Positions 39,889 through 52,148 of a stretch of 64,000 bases of DNA are shown one piece after another. Under the pieces are notes generated by a model. It worked only from the letters and a program-made list of their open reading frames with translations, searched no databases and had not been told where the DNA came from. Numbering within the stretch: position 1 is the stretch's first letter; each line of letters starts with the position of its first letter. The position numbers and the translations under genes are program-made. The DNA is from Utricularia gibba (Eukaryota; Plantae; Magnoliophyta): assembly GCA_002189035.1 (NCBI GenBank), contig CM007989.1, positions 4,836,001 through 4,900,000 of the forward strand, written 5' to 3'.

Positions 39889-40990
39889 TGATGGTGATTC
39901 TGCAGGTGAACAGAAACCATCTAAGTAATAAAATAAGATCGTATCCACAGAGAATTGTTATTAGAATTTTCTTTTCAAACAAAGACTCAAAAAGACCGAA
40001 AACAAAAGAAAGATTTAGTTTTAAAAACAAGAAGAAAAGTGGCATTGGACCTATGATCCATCTTGCTCAAAACTCGCCCAACTTGTATGTGTAAACCTTG
40101 AAGACTGACTTGGTTGCGCAAGTTCTGGGGATGTTATTCTAAAATAGTGCTACTCGATGACCGTTATAACACCGTCCCTCGTTTAGTGGGATTATGGAAT
40201 CAATCACGTCACCAGAGCCATTTCACCTCTTGTGATAACCCATGTTTTCTCTACACCCAAATCTAACCCCTACACCTCACACTTCGTAGACAGATTAGAC
40301 AGAATGTGCCTTACCAACGATGTCCAATTGAGCCCTTCTCCTTAAGTGCTTGAAGCCAACCTTTGATTCTCCCACACTCCTTTAGGGTTATATGGTACTA
40401 AAGAGCACGTTGGTAAAGAAAACGTTGCGAAAAACAGAATCAAACCTCAATTTAAATGTCGAAAAACATAGAAAAACAGTCATACGTGCAAGACTTGCGC
40501 AAGCAAGGCTTCACCACAAATCCTCAGCCGCAAGCACCTACACGCGCAGACTCGACTCAAATATGAAAATAGATACGAAAATAGGAAAGATTCAAATTAA
40601 AAGTGGTCAAAGACGTTTCTAATGATTGAGAGGGTGGGGTATTTATATGAGTGTAGATTCAAGTATTCGTATTGAGCTTATTCGATGGGTTTAGATAAGA
40701 TCTTCTATCCAAATCTTTTATCCAAATCTTCAAAGATCTTATTCACATCTCTATCTTATCCACGAATCTTGGACCAAATCTTCATCGTTTGACCGAGTTT
40801 TGGGTTGGGATTCGTGGCCCATCAAGTTCATAATTTGGTGGATCTTGTTTCTTCTCAAATTAATCCAAAAGTACCCTAAAAATCCACAAAATACAATTTC
40901 TCTCCAAAAAGATCAAAGTAGTGTGAAATATGTAAAATCAATTGAGAATAATAAGAAAGTGCGATCTAAGATAAGCAAAAACAACACTCA
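39889..40990 (-). mobile_element. LTR, family C, reverse orientation, outer end eroded
   Basis: Reverse-complement homolog of 47652-48843 (tgatggtga(t/a)tctgc...). The right boundary is approximate and no TSD was found. Confidence 0.8.
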
Positions 40991-41406
40991 AGAATAGTAG
41001 AAGAACATGTTTTGGAATACTATATACTTTTAAAATATCAATTTCTTAAATTTTGTGATGTCTACGGAGTGAGTCAGAAAACGACAAGGGCAAGATTGCT
41101 ATTTGCTTACCGGAGGAAGTGAAATTCGGCGTGGGCTGAGGCCTGAGATTGCTGTTTGCCGCTTCATGTGCCTTTTGTTGAAAGGGGCTCGCGGTTGGGC
41201 CGTTTTATAGAGGGAGCCGAACCATTGACAATTTTCCGTTGCGGAGTCGATCAGAATTAATTTGAACTTCGGTTGTCAAAGGCTGACGAGATCTGCAACC
41301 GTTTCTCTTGGGATATTGGATTCTGAGTCTGTGACCCTGAGATTCGCATGCCCCTTTTCATTCAGGAAGGTCAATTGCTTATCATTGGAGATCGAGCGAA
41401 GGCTAA

Positions 41407-44371
41407 ATGCAGGGGAGGGGATCGAATGTGCGTTTCGCAGGGACGGGGATCCGTTCCGGGATTCCAACACTTATGCTTTTCATGGCGGCGACTTTTGCTT
41501 CTCTATACGTGGCGGGAAGGTTAGTGTAGTCGAGTTCTGTATGCTTTGTGACGGGACTTGGAAATTTATTTTCGTCACTCCCTTATGAAGTTGTTTGTGT
41601 GCTTTTGAGACAAAGTGATGGTTTTATTCATTAGTTAATCTGAGATGCGAGCCCTTATCGGTGCTTTTCTTTTCTGGTGTAGTCGTTGTTTGATCGATCA
41701 ATTTTGAAATTTCAATTTAAAGATTGTTTTGCGTTACAATCTGATGGATCCGTTTTGATGTACCATGTGGTACGGCACAGACTGTGGCAAGATGCAGAGA
41801 ATAGGGTTCATCTAATAAAAGAGCTAGACAGAATTACGGGACAGGTAAAACATATTTCCCCAAGTATTTGGTGCTGTTATAGTCGGTCAAACTTGTTATT
41901 ACTCTGCCAAAATTTTGGATCCTTTCCTTTTTTTTTTTCTAGTCAGACAGGAGGCATAGAGTTCAAATTTCTTGGGGGTGCCCCTAGGCTAATGGTTTAA
42001 AATCCTCACGAGGTGTCTTTTATAGATGGGTAAGGCATGAAGCTTGAGTTTGGCACATCGAAATTTGATTCTCACCAATTTCTTTGTCATACAAAATATC
42101 TCTAGATTGACTTCTAGCCCAAGGGGACTTAGTTGTTGCGTTCATGTTAGATTTGTATGAAAAGTGAAGTTGGATTCTTCCTTATTAAGGGGTCTCAGTT
42201 AATCATTCGTACCAACGTCCACACACATCCCATTCACCATGGTTATATTCATTATGCACTCTAAGTGCCAAGAGGTTCTGAGAATCGTTCTCTATGTTAT
42301 GTGCAACTCAAGTGTTAACATGATATTATCATATTTCGCCTCAGGGAAAGTCTGTCATTTCAGTAGATGAATCATGGAAAATCCTAGAGTGCAGGTGACA
42401 TGGACTCGTTAGCTTGCATATGGTGCATACTTTAGACATACGTTGTGTGAGATATTTATAAACATTGGGTACATAACAGAGAAAAGATGAAGAAACTGTC
42501 AAGCATGGAGATGGAACTCGCAGCTGCCAGGCAGGAGGGTTTTGTCTCCAAGCATTTTTCTGAGGTCAGCAGGACATTGAATACGAAGCCCCTGTTAGTT
42601 ATAGGGATACTTACAGGATTTGGAGCTAGAGAAAGAAGAGATGTCATCCGAAAAACATGGATGGCCACTGGTATGCACATCCGATTCTAGTAATGGCATA
42701 CTGAGTTCTATGAAAAAGTTCTTAGCCGTTAATGGCTTTTGAGTCATTAATTTTATTCCAGTTGCTATACAGCGTGTATGCTATCATATATTTCATCTTA
42801 CATGCTAAGTTCACTACCAAGTTCGATCTCATTGTATGTTTCCATTTATTTGTGTAGAATGAAAAAATAATTCTGGCATATAATTTTTTAGGCATGACTT
42901 TGAAGAAGAACATGAAGGAACAAAACAGCATTGTCATTCGTTTTGTTGTGGGCCGAAGGTATGGGTGTGTTGTTTCCATTGAGAAGATAGTTTGTTATTA
43001 AAGGCTGTGTAATTCCAGTTCCAACCGTGGAGACAGCTTGGACAAAAGCATTGATGATGAAAACAGACAAACAAATGATATATTTGTTCTTGTAAGCTGT
43101 TGGCTTCATCTTACTTAAATTCTTGTTTACGTTGGCGTATGATTCATTCCAATGGTTGCCAATGAGGAACATTCAATTCATGAGTTGAGCATTGCCCTTC
43201 ATCATCTTATTTGTGCTGATTAAGTCGTTTTTTACAGAAAAATAGACAAAATCTAGGGAACTTTCTGTTGTGCGATGCAAAAGTATAACTAAATTACAAA
43301 AAATATTGTCCAGGAAAATCATGTTGAAGATCCTGAGGAAGTATCAAAGAAGATGAAATTATTTTTTGCCTATGCGGTGGATAATTGGGATGCTAGCTAT
43401 TATGCAAAAGTAAATGATGATATCTTTGTAAATATTGGTAGGTGCAATTTTTGATACCTCAGTCACTTATGATTCATCCTTGTGTAGAATGCCCTAGAAG
43501 TTTTTTCATTCTTTCAATCTGATAGTAATTATCTGCATATCTTCCCACAGACTCATTAAACAACATTCTCATGGCTCATTTGGATAAGCCTCGTGTTTAT
43601 ATAGGATGCATGAAATCAGGAGAAGTTTTTTCTGAACGGTGAGTATGTTTAAGCTGTAGTGACCTGCCAACTTAATGCTAAGCACATTCTTGCTTCCATT
43701 TGTTGCTTCTGGTTTAGGAAACTCTTAGCTGTTGCTTGAATTTTGGCAGGGGCCATAGATGGTATGAACCTGAGTGGTGGAAATTTGGAGATGGAAAAAG
43801 GTGACCGCTGCTACTTTACCCATATTCCATATTAGTCCTCCGTTGCTCAATCCCAAAACATGGTCTAGAGAAATAACACATCTTTGGACAGTTACTTCCG
43901 GCATGCATCAGGTGAGATTTTTGTGATTTCCCAGGCAATGGCTAAGTTCATATCCATTAATAGGTAAGCAACGCTTTCCCTTAAGGCACCACTACTATCC
44001 TTAGAGATGCTTCAGTTATTAGATATATAACTGCGCTCCCTGGGTTTTCAGAGATGTGCTCGGGTCTTATGCACATGATGATGTTAGTGCCGGCTCTTGG
44101 TTCATTGGTTTAGATGTCAAGCATATTGATGAAAAGAAGTTTTGCTGCTCTTCATGGTCCTCAGGTTCCCTGTATCTCTCTCCCGGCCTACTACTTTTGG
44201 TTGCTTGGATTAAAACTAGGCCAGCAGGGTGTGCCTGAGAATGCTTATTGATTACTTTGTTGAAAGCATAGATTTTATGCAAACGCAGGCAAAGCATTTA
44301 TTGAATCTGAATGCTTCTGCACTTTGCTGACGAGGTTTTGGTTTGCAGGAGCTGTCTGTTCAAGTGTATGA
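41407..44371 (+). CDS. HPGT1: Hydroxyproline O-galactosyltransferase (GT31), 12 exons: 41407-41519, 41781-41844, 42345-42394, 42480-42670, 42892-42958, 43019-43091, 43314-43437, 43551-43638, 43750-43800, 43892-43963, 44052-44164, 44349-44371; 342 aa
   Basis: All introns are GT-AG with matching phases. RLWQDAENRVHLIKELDRITGQ, YYAKVNDDIFVNI, YIGCMKSGEVFSE, WYEPEWWKFGD and YAHDDVSAGSWFIGLDVKHIDE match the HPGT family. Confidence 0.93.
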
Positions 44372-45639
44372 TTGACGTCACAAAGAGTTTTGAGATCTAA
44401 TACAACGAAACAAGAGTTCACTGATTATTATAGATGATAATTGACTTGAGGTGGAGGCTTTTCCATGATATGGTACTCTTACTTCTTTTCGAAATGGAAA
44501 AAGAAAAAACAAAACACAAGCACCGCAAGGACAACACAGGTAGTCAATCCTTGCCTTTTTTATAAATTTTTGTAAAGACAAATCATGCAAGCCTTGTAAG
44601 TGAACTTGTGGTGTTTGTCGATTTTTTATATAAAGTAAATCCCAAGCACACTGCATTTGAACATTAATGGTGCCGGAGTATTTGTTTTTAAAAAAATGAG
44701 GACATCAACTACAGATCTATAAAAGGGTTTGAGATTCAATTTTTTTGTAAAAAAAAATCTTCTTGTTCAATTTTGTTGTAAAACTTTCTCATAAGCAATG
44801 GAATTCTTAAAAAATTTCGTCCATCCCTTGACTTGGTTTAAAAAAGTTGAAAAAAGTCAAGCACTTGCCCTTTTTATTTCTTTCTTTTCTTTCACAAACA
44901 GGCGACTTTTTTTTAACAAAAAAAAAGGAGCATAGCAATTACACATCAACCAAATATGGTAATGAAATAGAGATTGCAATTCTTGCTGATGATTTTAATG
45001 CATATTACATTTGAAGATTTAGAGGTAATCACATAATTTCATACATAAAACCCTTAAATCTATCAATTTTAAATCAATGTATCAAATGGAAAAAAAAAAT
45101 TAATTCAAATAATTCTAATTCACCTCAAACAGGTTTTTTTTAAAAAAAATCCTATAGCTTGTTTAAAAATATCCAAATAAACTAAATTCAGATTAAATGC
45201 AAACACACGTATCTAACAGACCCTAATAAATATAATCAGAAGAGTCTAGAAAATACTAACACTTCCAAGTAGGTTCATCCATGGTTAAAACGACGCACAC
45301 TTTGTCCATAGCTGTGATAGTCAAAGGAGATAGGGCTCGACTGGGGAAGGCTCTTAGTTATTTTTTTCACATCAGTGGACAACTTAAATTGTTGAACAAA
45401 CTCAAACTTGTGGATGGATCAGGATTTGACATCAGCTTTGGAGGATTGAAGGATCTTCTTATTCTAGATAAGTAAATATGGTAGTTAGCATGGATAAGTG
45501 TTGTTAGTTATACTAATTAATATCAATGTAAGGGATGATAATGTTTTAGTGATTAGGGAATAGTGAAGCATTTTCTAGTTTCATTTCTAAAATTTCCTAC
45601 AAAGTGGGATTATAGAAATAATAATTTGATGCACAAAAC

Positions 45640-46200
45640 TTCCCCAACTCTTCCTATTTCAATTTTAATCAAGGACATTTATGTAAATTTAGGTCTCAAA
45701 ATGAAAACCTTGTTTGGTATATATGAAACACTTCATGTAATGGAAGAAGAGGCACACGAGAATGATGTAGTATCCCAATGGAAGGATAAGAAGATATTAT
45801 AATATCCATAATTTACCAAGCATTAGATGACCACACATTTGAGAAAGTTTCAACTATTACATCTGCCAAACAAGCATGGGATTTGATTGCCACTTCATTT
45901 TAAGGTGTCAAATATATAAAGAAAGTCAAGCTTCAAAGCTTGAAAGGTGAGTTTGAGGCTGTTAAACAAAAGACAGAAAAAGATATTTCCATGAGTACTA
46001 TCCATGTTCTGAGTATTACTATTAACATGACTCAATCTCAAAGAAATTGGATGATGGAAGAATCACGGAAAAACTTGGATTCTAAATATGATCACATTAC
46101 TGTGGCAATTGAGAAGGTAAATGACATTAAGAAAATGTCATTGGATGAGAAAATTGGGTCTCTCCAAACAAATGAGACATGGCTGGAGAAACTTACTATG
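45640..46200 (+). mobile_element. Degenerate Ty1/Copia gag (UBN2-type) remnant
   Basis: EKVSTITSAKQAWDLI...KKVKLQSLKGEFE...KYDHITVAIEK...LDEKIGSLQTNE. Confidence 0.75.
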
Positions 46201-47399
46201 CAACTTCTTCTAGCCAAAATTGCACATATAGTCAACATGAAAAAAATGATTAAATTAATACAGAATGATAAATGTGCTACGTTTAGTTTTGGTACAAACG
46301 TAGGATTATTTCATGCATTTGAACACACACGTTTATAAAAATCAGATTGAAAACAAATGTTTCTTGATAATTAAGTGATTTGATGCAATCATTTTCATAA
46401 ATTTGATTTTGAAGCAAACGTTTGTGAAAACGCAATGTTTTCAATACAAATGTTTACCAATTAATATTTGTAGTATGTACATTTTGATGAATGTATTGAA
46501 ATAAATACAGACCTATTAACACCTTAATTATTAGATCTAACATTTGCTAAAAAATACATAAATCAATTCAAAATTAGGGTTTTGATTTAAAAGCCAAATT
46601 AAGTTTCATTCTTTTAGAAACCTCCATCGTGTTCTAATTCCAAAGAGCTGCAAGACAGCCGATCGATCCTGGGCTTGAAATTTCTCAAATGAGGATCTAG
46701 TGAACCAATGCCAACACGTCGGTACCTTCAACAACCTATTGTGCTTCTTTCTGATCTTTTATGGTAAATTGTTGATGCATGAGGGTGCCTCTGGGCTCTT
46801 TATGACAGCCCATATCCTGCCTTCAGGTTGAAATGCTTAGAGATTGTAAAGATTCTCCATGGATTTTCCTTCCTTTTCTTTTTTTTTACCGCTTTGGAAA
46901 GATACAAAATCCAATAGGGAGGCAATGCCCCTACTATGGTAAAATATAGAGAATCGACCATATGACTTTCTTTCCAACCTTCTCTTCTATGTTGGTTTAA
47001 TAAATCAATTTTTGAATAGATTCTCAATTCCATTTCATCAATTTATTGATTGAAAAACTGTGCCCTTTTTGATTGCATCAATTGGTTTAATGTCAAAACG
47101 GTGCCATATAATAGCATGAAGTTTCAAGTCTAAGATCTAGGTAATCATGGTTTTTTTGTGGATTTAATGATGTAATAATGTTATTTGTAGTGTAAATATT
47201 TTTTTTAAAGAGTTTGAATATCTTCCTAAATTCAAAATGCTTAAGGAAAACCAGGCTCATTATTTATTTTGATTTTAAAAAGAATCTCTAAGTCAAGAGG
47301 AGGATCAAATACCTGAATGTTTTACTGAAATATTTCATCAAGATCTTTGACATTTCAATGGACAGAGAGAAGAATTCTTGGATTTATTAGTGGCAATAG

Positions 47400-50190
47400 A
47401 AATTAGTTTGAAAGGATATTGTGTTAATCCAACTTTTACATTAAACCAACAACTAAAAACTGTTTGCTCTCTATGGATCGGCATGAACTTACTGCTACTA
47501 CATTAACTTCTTTATGAATGAAATGTGGTTTTTTTGCTCTCTATGGATCGGCATTAACTACTTTTGATGGAGAAAACCTTTACACTTGCGACATCTATAG
47601 AATTTTCCATCCATCAAATGTGGACCAACATATTTTACCATTAGCGTTTGCTGATAAGTGATTTTGTGTCACTTATATTTGTGCTTTTGATGACTCACTT
47701 AGATGAGTTTTGCATTCTTTTTATCCCATTTTCTTTATGTTTTTAGAAGAATTTTATATCTTTTATACCACTTTGATCTTTTTGGAGGGAAAGTGTGTTT
47801 TGTGATTTTTCAGGACAATTTTGGCATAATTTGGAGGATTTTCGAGTTGACTTTCATGGAGGCAAAGATTTGGTCTATTCAGATTAAGACTCAGTCAAAG
47901 ATTCTCAGATAAGATAAGATTCACATCTTGTCTTGGAAAACTTGGATCTTAACGTAGAAGATATATATCAAATCTTAGAAGATCCGAATAGAAGATTTGA
48001 TGTGAGCCCATCAAGAAAGCTTGACAAGTCCCCACAGTTATATAAAGATCCAAACACGAAAATCAAAGGAGTTAGTCATCATGGACTATCAGAGAGTCAA
48101 TTTAGCGTTTAGAGTCGAGTCTAGCATGTTTTTTATGTCTTCTCTGTTGTTTTTCATCAACTTTTGTTGTTTAGAGTCGAGTCTACGCGTGTAGGCGCTT
48201 GCGGCTGAGGATCTGCTGTGAAGCCTTGCTTGCGCAAGTTCTGCGCATGTGACTGTCTTACCATGTTTTTCAACATTTAATTTGAGGTCTAATTCTGTTT
48301 TTCGCAACGTTTTCTTTACCAACGTGATCTTTAGTACCATATAGCCCTAAAAGAGTGTGGAAGAATCAAAGGTTGGCCTCAAGCACCTAAGGAGAAGTGC
48401 TCAATCGGACATCGTTGGTAAGACACATTTTGTCTAATCGTTTTGCGAGGTGAGAGGTGTAGGGGTTAGATTTGAGTGTGGGGAAAACATGGGTTATCAC
48501 AAGAGGTGAAATGGCTCTGGTGGCGTGGTTGATTCTATAATCTCACAAAACAAGGGACGGTACTATAACGGTCACCGAGTAGCACTATTTTAGCATAACA
48601 CCCCAAATCTTGCGCAAGCAGGTCAGTATTCAAGGTTTACACACACAAGTTTGGGCGAGATTTAAGCAAGGTGAATCTTGGATCTAAAGCCAATTTTCTT
48701 ATTGTTTTTAAACCCAAATCTTTCTTTTGTTTTTAGTCTTTTTGAGTTTTTGTTTCAAAAGAAAATTCCAATAACAATTCCCTGTGGATATGATCTTATT
48801 TTATTACTTCGACGGTTTCTGTGCACTTGCAGATTCACCATCATTTGCAATTGTTGACATTAAAAGCAAAGAAACATTGACATGGTTCTTGATTCTTCTA
48901 AAGGTCGATTTGAGCATTGCGACTAATAATATGAACCAGTTCACCTTCATGCTAGATAGAGGGTCTGGTTTGAAGCTTGCAATGCGTACTGTACTTTCAT
49001 TTGTGCATGTAAGAATTACTTTTGTTTATGCTAATTCTGATAGTATTCAAATAATTTGAGTTATAACTTGTTTTGTGTAGCTGCGCCACTATGTTCGTCA
49101 TCTATAAGATATTGTTGGTGCATGCTCAAATGCTGTCAAGACGCAAGTGTGGAAGTGTGCAACAGCTTCCACACCTGTTACATGGAAAATGGAGATGGAG
49201 GCACTTGGGCGGTTGAACAACAATGCATATGAGAAGCTTATCAAAATAAATCATGGTAGGTGGACTCATGCATACTTCACAGAGGATACCAAGTGTGACG
49301 CCTAAATAGACAATATTTCAGAATCCCATAATGCTTCCCTATAAGCTGCACGTCGTTTTCCAATCTTAAGTATGTTAGATGAGGTTGGATGGACAATGGC
49401 AGATTGATTCAACAAGTTACGTGATGAGATTACTAAATGGAAGGCACGGTACTCACTAGCGGCAATGCAAACAATTGAGAGCAACTCTGTTTTACAGATT
49501 GGTGTGGAGATGTGCTCAATGAATCCCATGCAATGAGAATGGGTTAAAAGGTTGTATTAGTATTGTATTAACTTAAGAGTTTGAACCTGCTCATGCCAGA
49601 TGTGGCAAATTACATATATAGTTTTGTTTCCTTCTAGTCTACCCTAGCATTACATTATCACTTTAACATTCCAAATCGTAGGTTTACCATGTAAACACAC
49701 CATGTGAGCGATACTCATTAAGCGTGACAACCTGAGAGACTAGAGACATGAGCAGTATGATGACACCCATTTTAGAGAGAAATAGGTATTGTTGATACAT
49801 GGTAAGTGGACTGCATACATGATTATTTATGTGAGTGTTATAATGACACCCATAGAAACTTACGTATTGTTGATACATAGGTTTACAGTTTTGTACATAA
49901 ATGTTTGAATCGTTATAGGAGTGTTCGATAGTATAGAATGACCTATTATTTATTTGAAAGTGTTCGTACATAAATGTTTGTGTCGGTATAGGAGTACCGG
50001 ATGGTAGAGAATGGCCTATATTGGATGATAAGATCATAATGCCACCATTGTCCACAACACACCTCGTGGGAGGCCACAAAAGCATAGAAAACAAGCAAAA
50101 AATAGAAAAAAGCTAGCATAAGACAACGATAATTTTGCCGTACATGTGAGTTCACAAGGCACAATGCATGAACATGTGAAAAGAGCAAAA
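47400..50190 (+). mobile_element. Mutator (MuDR/MULE) transposase pseudogene, split by a solo LTR
   Basis: HILPLAF|AIVDIKSKETLTWFL...FTFMLDRGSGL spans the LTR. Also NISESHNA, SWIM-like TCSCQMWQIT, GRPQKHR and the zinc knuckle CRTCEFTRHNA*TC. Confidence 0.85.
47652..48843 (+). mobile_element. Solo LTR, family C (Athila-like), inserted in the MULE transposase
   Basis: TGATAAG...CACCATCA termini. Perfect TSD TTTGC at 47647-47651 and 48844-48848. Confidence 0.92.
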
Positions 50191-50784
50191 CAAAGGTAAA
50201 TTTAGTAGTTTGTGTACGGTTAAGTATCTCGTATGATTATGAACACATCGTTTGTATCTTTAAGTAGGATGAACAAAATGCTTTTAGTAAGAGAAGTCAA
50301 GAAGGAAATTTTGGGATAGATCCATCTTCTTCTAAGATGGTGCCACCTAAGGGAGTAAATTTGCATAGAATTTTTTTAAATTTTTTTAACATTTAACACA
50401 TTTGTATACACATGAGACATATGAATCTTCCAAAGGAACCACCTCTAAGGTGATGACAGATCAAGAGAAAAAAGCAAGTAGGTGTAATGATAAAAAGGAT
50501 GCACCCCTTTCTAGATGAGAAGGTCTTCTGTTTTTTATTGAATATGCCAGCTTTTTGGTTCATATAGTTGTGTAGCTCATTCATAGGCCTCACCATTGAA
50601 GCTAAAAAAAGCATCCAGTACTGAGAGCTCTAACCCAACTACAAAATAAGGTCAATGGTTTGTCAATTTTCAAAACATCATACTAACATCGGATAACTCC
50701 ACTATTGTGAATCATGTGCAAGGAAAAAAACGAAAGACAAAGAATGTCAAAAAGAAATGAGATCTAGGTTTTCATAAGTATGGT

Positions 50785-51114
50785 ATGCTAAGTGATTATA
50801 ATTTTACTCAAGTATTATGCCATATAAGATCTGAGATCCCAAATGAGCGTCCTAACATGTTTGATTTTATTGATCCATTGTATTTCAACGAGTGGGTTGG
50901 TATTGCGGAGAGAGTTCATTGGATTTTCAACAATAGGCCAGCCTTCTTAATTTGTCCATATGTTGTGTGGCCAATTCTATACCAGTAAGGTTTAAATTTT
51001 ACTATTGAATAACTAGGAGGAATTGTAACTTACATACACAACCTATTATATAAGCAAGATGCAATGGGTGTTCGTGGTCTGCTGCAATTTTGGAGATGCA
51101 TCTAGTAGGATTAT
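50785..51114 (+). pseudogene. Possible Ulp1/C48-protease-like passenger fragment of the MULE
   Basis: FDFIDP...FLICPYV followed by (M)QWVFVVC resembles the FIDP...APYN-HWxLxV pattern, but the His is absent. Cut by the LTR at 51115. Confidence 0.3.
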
Positions 51115-52148
51115 TGTTAAGTGTCATTTTCTAGTTATTATTTAGGTATTATTATGTATTAATTAAGTGCTAAGTCGCCCAATTAGGAGTCTTATTATTA
51201 AGTATTTGATTTTTACTAGAAAATTCCTATTTTTCCATTTTGTGTATATTTTATGCCTTTTTTCTCACACTTTGACTGAGGCATGTCAGGAGACTATCAG
51301 GAGTGTTGCAGGAGTATTGCAGGTGGTCAGACTCTGAGTTTTCGTGCCTTGTACGCGAGTTGGAATGATTGTGGGTGGAAGACTGACACTGGTCAAGGCC
51401 CATGACTTACGGCATGTCAGAGTCTGCAGCAATTATTGGGCGCTAACTTGCATGCAAAGAAAGGCTGCTGGCGCACGCAAGACAGAAGGAATGATGGGAA
51501 GGGGACCCAAAGGAGTTAATGCACGTGGGAAGTCATATAAAAGCCACTTGGAGCACTTAGTTGAGAACTTTTGAACATTTTTTCTTGTACTTAGAACTTT
51601 TGAGTTCTTCCTCCTCTCAAGGAGGAAGAACACTTAGCTTTCTTTTAATTTCTGTTTCTATGGCCCTTTCGGGCTAAAAACCTTTAGTTTCTGGGAAGTA
51701 GATAAAGTTTCCTTCCAAGTCATGAGCAATACACTCGGTTCTTCACTGAATTCAATTTGGATTCCGCATACTTCCACGCATCTTGTTGCAGTCTTTCTGT
51801 AACGACTCTCAGTCAAGGTCCATGAGTAGCAGGCCACTTCTCGCGGATTTTGGTGAAGATCAAGGTGAAGAGCACCAACTCCAACCCTGCTGGTTCGAGG
51901 GAAGTAGTAGATTGTTTGTGGCCTAGGTACCGCGACAGTGGACAGGTTGTGACCTCGGACCTGCCATTGGCCATTGGCAACAGCTGGGCACACGCGCACA
52001 ATTCGGTTTTGAAGGCAATCGAAGGCAATCCTCTTGTCTTCCTAATCGTCCAAGGGGGAATCACATGAGGCTATTCCCGTGCCTCCTTGTCAATCAGAGT
52101 GTAAGGGAGAGTAGGCTATTCCTTGCTCCTATAACCAGCTATTCGGAA
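51115..52148 (+). mobile_element. Family A LTR, 5' part only, in opposite orientation to the adjoining Athila internal region
   Basis: Starts TGTTAAGTGTCATTTTCTAG. It is the reverse complement of about 58950-59818 and breaks off at attcggaa|ctctagg (52148). Confidence 0.9.

Noticed and set aside
49760-50010. Short degenerate direct repeats (gtattgttgatacat, acataaatgtttg) in the MULE
   Set aside because: Minor intronic slippage repeats with no sign of function.
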